From Smithellaceae bacterium (GTDB lineage: Bacteria > Desulfobacterota > Syntrophia > Syntrophales > Smithellaceae), in the NCBI GenBank assembly GCA_963667845.2, contig CAXXVL010000001.1, positions 448,001 through 512,000 on the forward strand: DNA of 64,000 nucleotides, given 5' to 3'. Position numbers and translations under genes: made by a program. Shown piece after piece: positions 61,816 through 64,000 of this stretch (its first letter is position 1; every line of letters starts with the position of its first letter). Below the pieces are notes generated by a model. It did not search any database. It was not told the origin of the DNA and was given only the letters and a program-made list of their open reading frames with translations.

Positions 61816-62669
61816 TAAGCGCCTCCATATAATCTTAAGTTGAACAATCCCCGTCTCCCCGGGGCCGGCCCGAAGAGAATAGGGGTTGAAGACTACGGTT
61901 TTTCAGCGACCAGAAGGGACCGGTCTTGCCGATGTCCTGCAGCATGGTCATCCACTCCATGCCATATTCGCGCATCCGGGAAAAATAATCGGGATCCAGA
62001 CGCCGCCGGAACAGCCGGCCGGAAAAAAGTTTAAGCAGGCCGGGCAGGGGGAGTATCCCTTCGTCCGTACCTTGCTGGAACTGCGCCCAGCTGCGAAGAT
62101 GGCAGAACATCCCGACCATTTACTAAAACGAAGTATATCACTTCCATTTTAAAAAGCGCTACTTTAATTGCGGCTGCATGACCACGTTGGAGATACGATA
62201 AGCACGTCCGGCCGTGTAATCAATTCCCGCTGGAAGTAGGAAGTCTTATCGTGTAAAATCAAAAGTGTTGGAGGCTGGAGGAACACCATGTACCCGAATG
62301 AGAAAAAAAGTGAGACGGACGATAGACGCCCGGCAAAAAAGACCACGGGAATCGCCTTGCGGGGTGCCGGCTCGGATGAACCGTTCGCAGACCTGCTGGA
62401 CGAACCTCTCCCTGCGGGCTGAAACGCCGCAATCGATGGGGGAGCGGTCCGTTTCTCAGGCAAATGGTTCAAGATGATCAAATCCTTTTTTTCTGCAGGC
62501 CGATAAATCCGCAGGCCCCGCTAACGTATTTTACCGTCCATTTCGCTAAGAATGTTTCCGTCTGATGGGGAGGCAGGGCAAACCCCGCATCCCTTAATGC
62601 AGGTGATGCAAACTTACGGAGTCGGCCTGATTTCCTCAGCCGCACATTATTACTTCCTTTCGGTTGTGT

Positions 62670-63128
62670 TTATTTCTCTCTCGGATACGGCCAGGCCATG
62701 ATGCCGCCTTCCATAACCTTGACATTTTTCCATCCGTTGCCTTCAATCGCAAGTGCCGCTTCGTAGCCGCGCAGTGATATCTTGCAATAGCGATGATCTC
62801 TTTATTTTTGTCTTCGGGCAGTTCCTTAAGACGTTTGCGCAGCGCGCCCAGGGGGATGAGCGTCTCGCCGATGCCCAGGCGTACTTCTGCGAATTCGTCC
62901 GGTCCTCTCGTGTCGACGAGGAAAGGTTTTCACCCACCTGCAATTTTTCGCGCACTTCCTTGCAGCTGATGCGTTTGAGTCTGTCTTTCATCTTGTTCTG
63001 CATCAGATGGGCCGTGGCGATAAAGTGATCATGACGACTTGAGCGTCGTTGTCGATCCGGTGGGCCTTTGCCGCCGCTTTGGGACCGGAGGTCGATCCCC
63101 CGATCACGATAATTCTTCTCCGGGCCAT
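62670..63128 (-). pseudogene. CoA-disulfide reductase/NADH oxidase-rhodanese pseudogene (large internal deletion plus two frameshifts)
   Basis: MARRRIIVIGGSTSGPKAAAKAHRIDNDAQVVMI is joined directly to DHFIATAHLMQNKM..., then frameshifted DTRGPDEF..RLGIGETLIPLGALR and (Y)CKISLRGYEAA..GWKNVKVMEGGIMAWPY. Confidence 0.85.
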
Positions 63129-63204
63129 ATAGCATCCTTTTTGGTCCCGGAAGATATCAGGCCATAAACGAAAAAGCATTGATCCGAATCAATGCGCCGT
63201 GATT

Positions 63205-63690
63205 TTATTTCTTCCCGTCAACCGGCGTCAGGTGCTCCGGAATCTGGACCGCGACGACTTCGCCTGTTGCGCAGACTTTCCCCCCCGCGATGAGCCGCGA
63301 CTCTACGATCACCTTGCGCCCCTTGATCTCCTTGACCCGGCTGCGGACTTCCAGCGGCCCGTCCATCGGTGTCGGTGCGAGATAGTTCACATGGAGCGAC
63401 GCGGTCACGAAACGCAGCGCCGGTTCAGAGCCCAGTTCCCGGTTTTCCGACCGGCATTTGGCCGCGGCGGCTGTGCCCATGGAGTGGCAATCGATAAGGG
63501 AAGCGATCAGGCCGCCGTATACGTTTCCGGGAGCGCCGCCCGTGTGAAATGCTTTCGGGATGTGAACACAAACAGCTTCTTCCCCGTCCCAGTAACTTTT
63601 GATTTGCATACCGTCCCTGTTGAGTCGGCCGCAGCCGTAGCAATGGCTGAAGTGATCCGGATAGTAATCCTGAAATGCTTTTTGTGTCAT
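63205..63690 (-). CDS. PaaI-family thioesterase
   Basis: CYGCG..N..G, YGGLIASLIDCH, FVTASL.VNYL.PTP; AAGGAG RBS. Confidence 0.92.
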   Translation of the reverse strand: MTQKAFQDYYPDHFSHCYGCGRLNRDGMQIKSYWDGEEAVCVHIPKAFHTGGAPGNVYGGLIASLIDCHSMGTAAAAKCRSENRELGSEPALRFVTASLHVNYLAPTPMDGPLEVRSRVKEIKGRKVIVESRLIAGGKVCATGEVVAVQIPEHLTPVDGKK

Positions 63691-63704
63691 GAAGTCTCCT
63701 TACG

Positions 63705-63786
63705 TAGTGGATGGTGCATGGTGGATAGTGAATGGTGGATCGTAGCTCATAGCTCTTAGCTCGTAGATGGTATTTCCTTGAACCTT
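63705..63786 (-). repeat. Heptamer tandem repeats between the MBL and thioesterase genes
   Basis: On the + strand: TAGTGGA TGGTGCA TGGTGGA TAGTGAA TGGTGGA, TAGCTCA TAGCTCT TAGCTCG. On the - strand, AAGGTTCAAGG overlaps the MBL stop. Confidence 0.75.
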
Positions 63787-64000
63787 ATGTGAATGTGAGT
63801 TTCGTTCCCGCCATATTCAAAATAAACTGATCCGGCATTTGTTTCTCCATCGTCATGATCGCTTTGCGGCCCGTGCAGTGCGTCGGGATGATGTAAGCTG
63901 GATGCAATTTCTGCAGTTCCTGCGACGTGCGCTCGATAATCGGTTCAAACAGAGGTCCGGACAAATGAAAACCACCCATTACCGCGTGTACCTGATCAAT
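63785..64000 (-). CDS. MBL-fold metallo-hydrolase (7,8-dihydropterin methyltransferase-like), C-terminal part
   Basis: VHAVMGGFHL...IIPTHCTG motif; the ORF runs off the window end. Confidence 0.85.
   Translation of the reverse strand: MDQVHAVMGGFHLSGPLFEPIIERTSQELQKLHPAYIIPTHCTGRKAIMTMEKQMPDQFILNMAGTKLTFT

Noticed and set aside
61835..62481. Short minus-strand ORFs upstream of the Fe-S cluster
   Set aside because: One segment (DPDYFSRMREYG) looks protein-like, but there is no RBS or family assignment.
62575..62645. AGGGCAAACC...GATGCAAA resembling a c-di-GMP-I riboswitch
   Set aside because: No GNRA tetraloop in the expected stem, and it points into the 3' end of an opposite-strand pseudogene rather than a gene start. 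An Infernal search would settle it.

Overview
A moderately GC-rich chromosomal window. Gene content suggests an anaerobic Desulfobacterota, probably Smithella/Syntrophus-like (inferred, not searched). Main blocks: (i) a stand-alone GrdB/PrdB-family selenoprotein that the ORF track splits at an in-frame UGA; (ii) a complete N-type ATPase operon (atpDCQRBEFAG) behind a consensus sigma54 promoter, with two non-canonical flanking genes; (iii) a sulfur cluster, Rrf2-mnmA-metY-cysK-fdhD; (iv) a TetR-controlled RND efflux operon with two TolC genes; (v) a hybrid two-component pair; (vi) rlmN-icd-aconitase and cell-envelope genes; (vii) a Crp/Fnr regulator divergent from trxA; (viii) acyl-CoA and Fe-S/FAD oxidoreductase genes and a CoA-disulfide reductase/rhodanese pseudogene. 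The best novel candidate is an unannotated 59-aa predicted membrane-anchored micro-selenoprotein (49061-49240, UxxxxC) directly behind trxA and downstream of a perfect FNR box. Its SECIS-like hairpin has the same geometry as that of the recognisable selenoprotein at 206-1078. Other signals: an N-ATPase c-subunit lacking two Na+-site residues, a His-less pseudo-histidine kinase, four copies of a ~95-bp structured repeat, a nested MITE-like element and heptamer arrays placed right after stop codons. No rRNA, tRNA or CRISPR array was seen.
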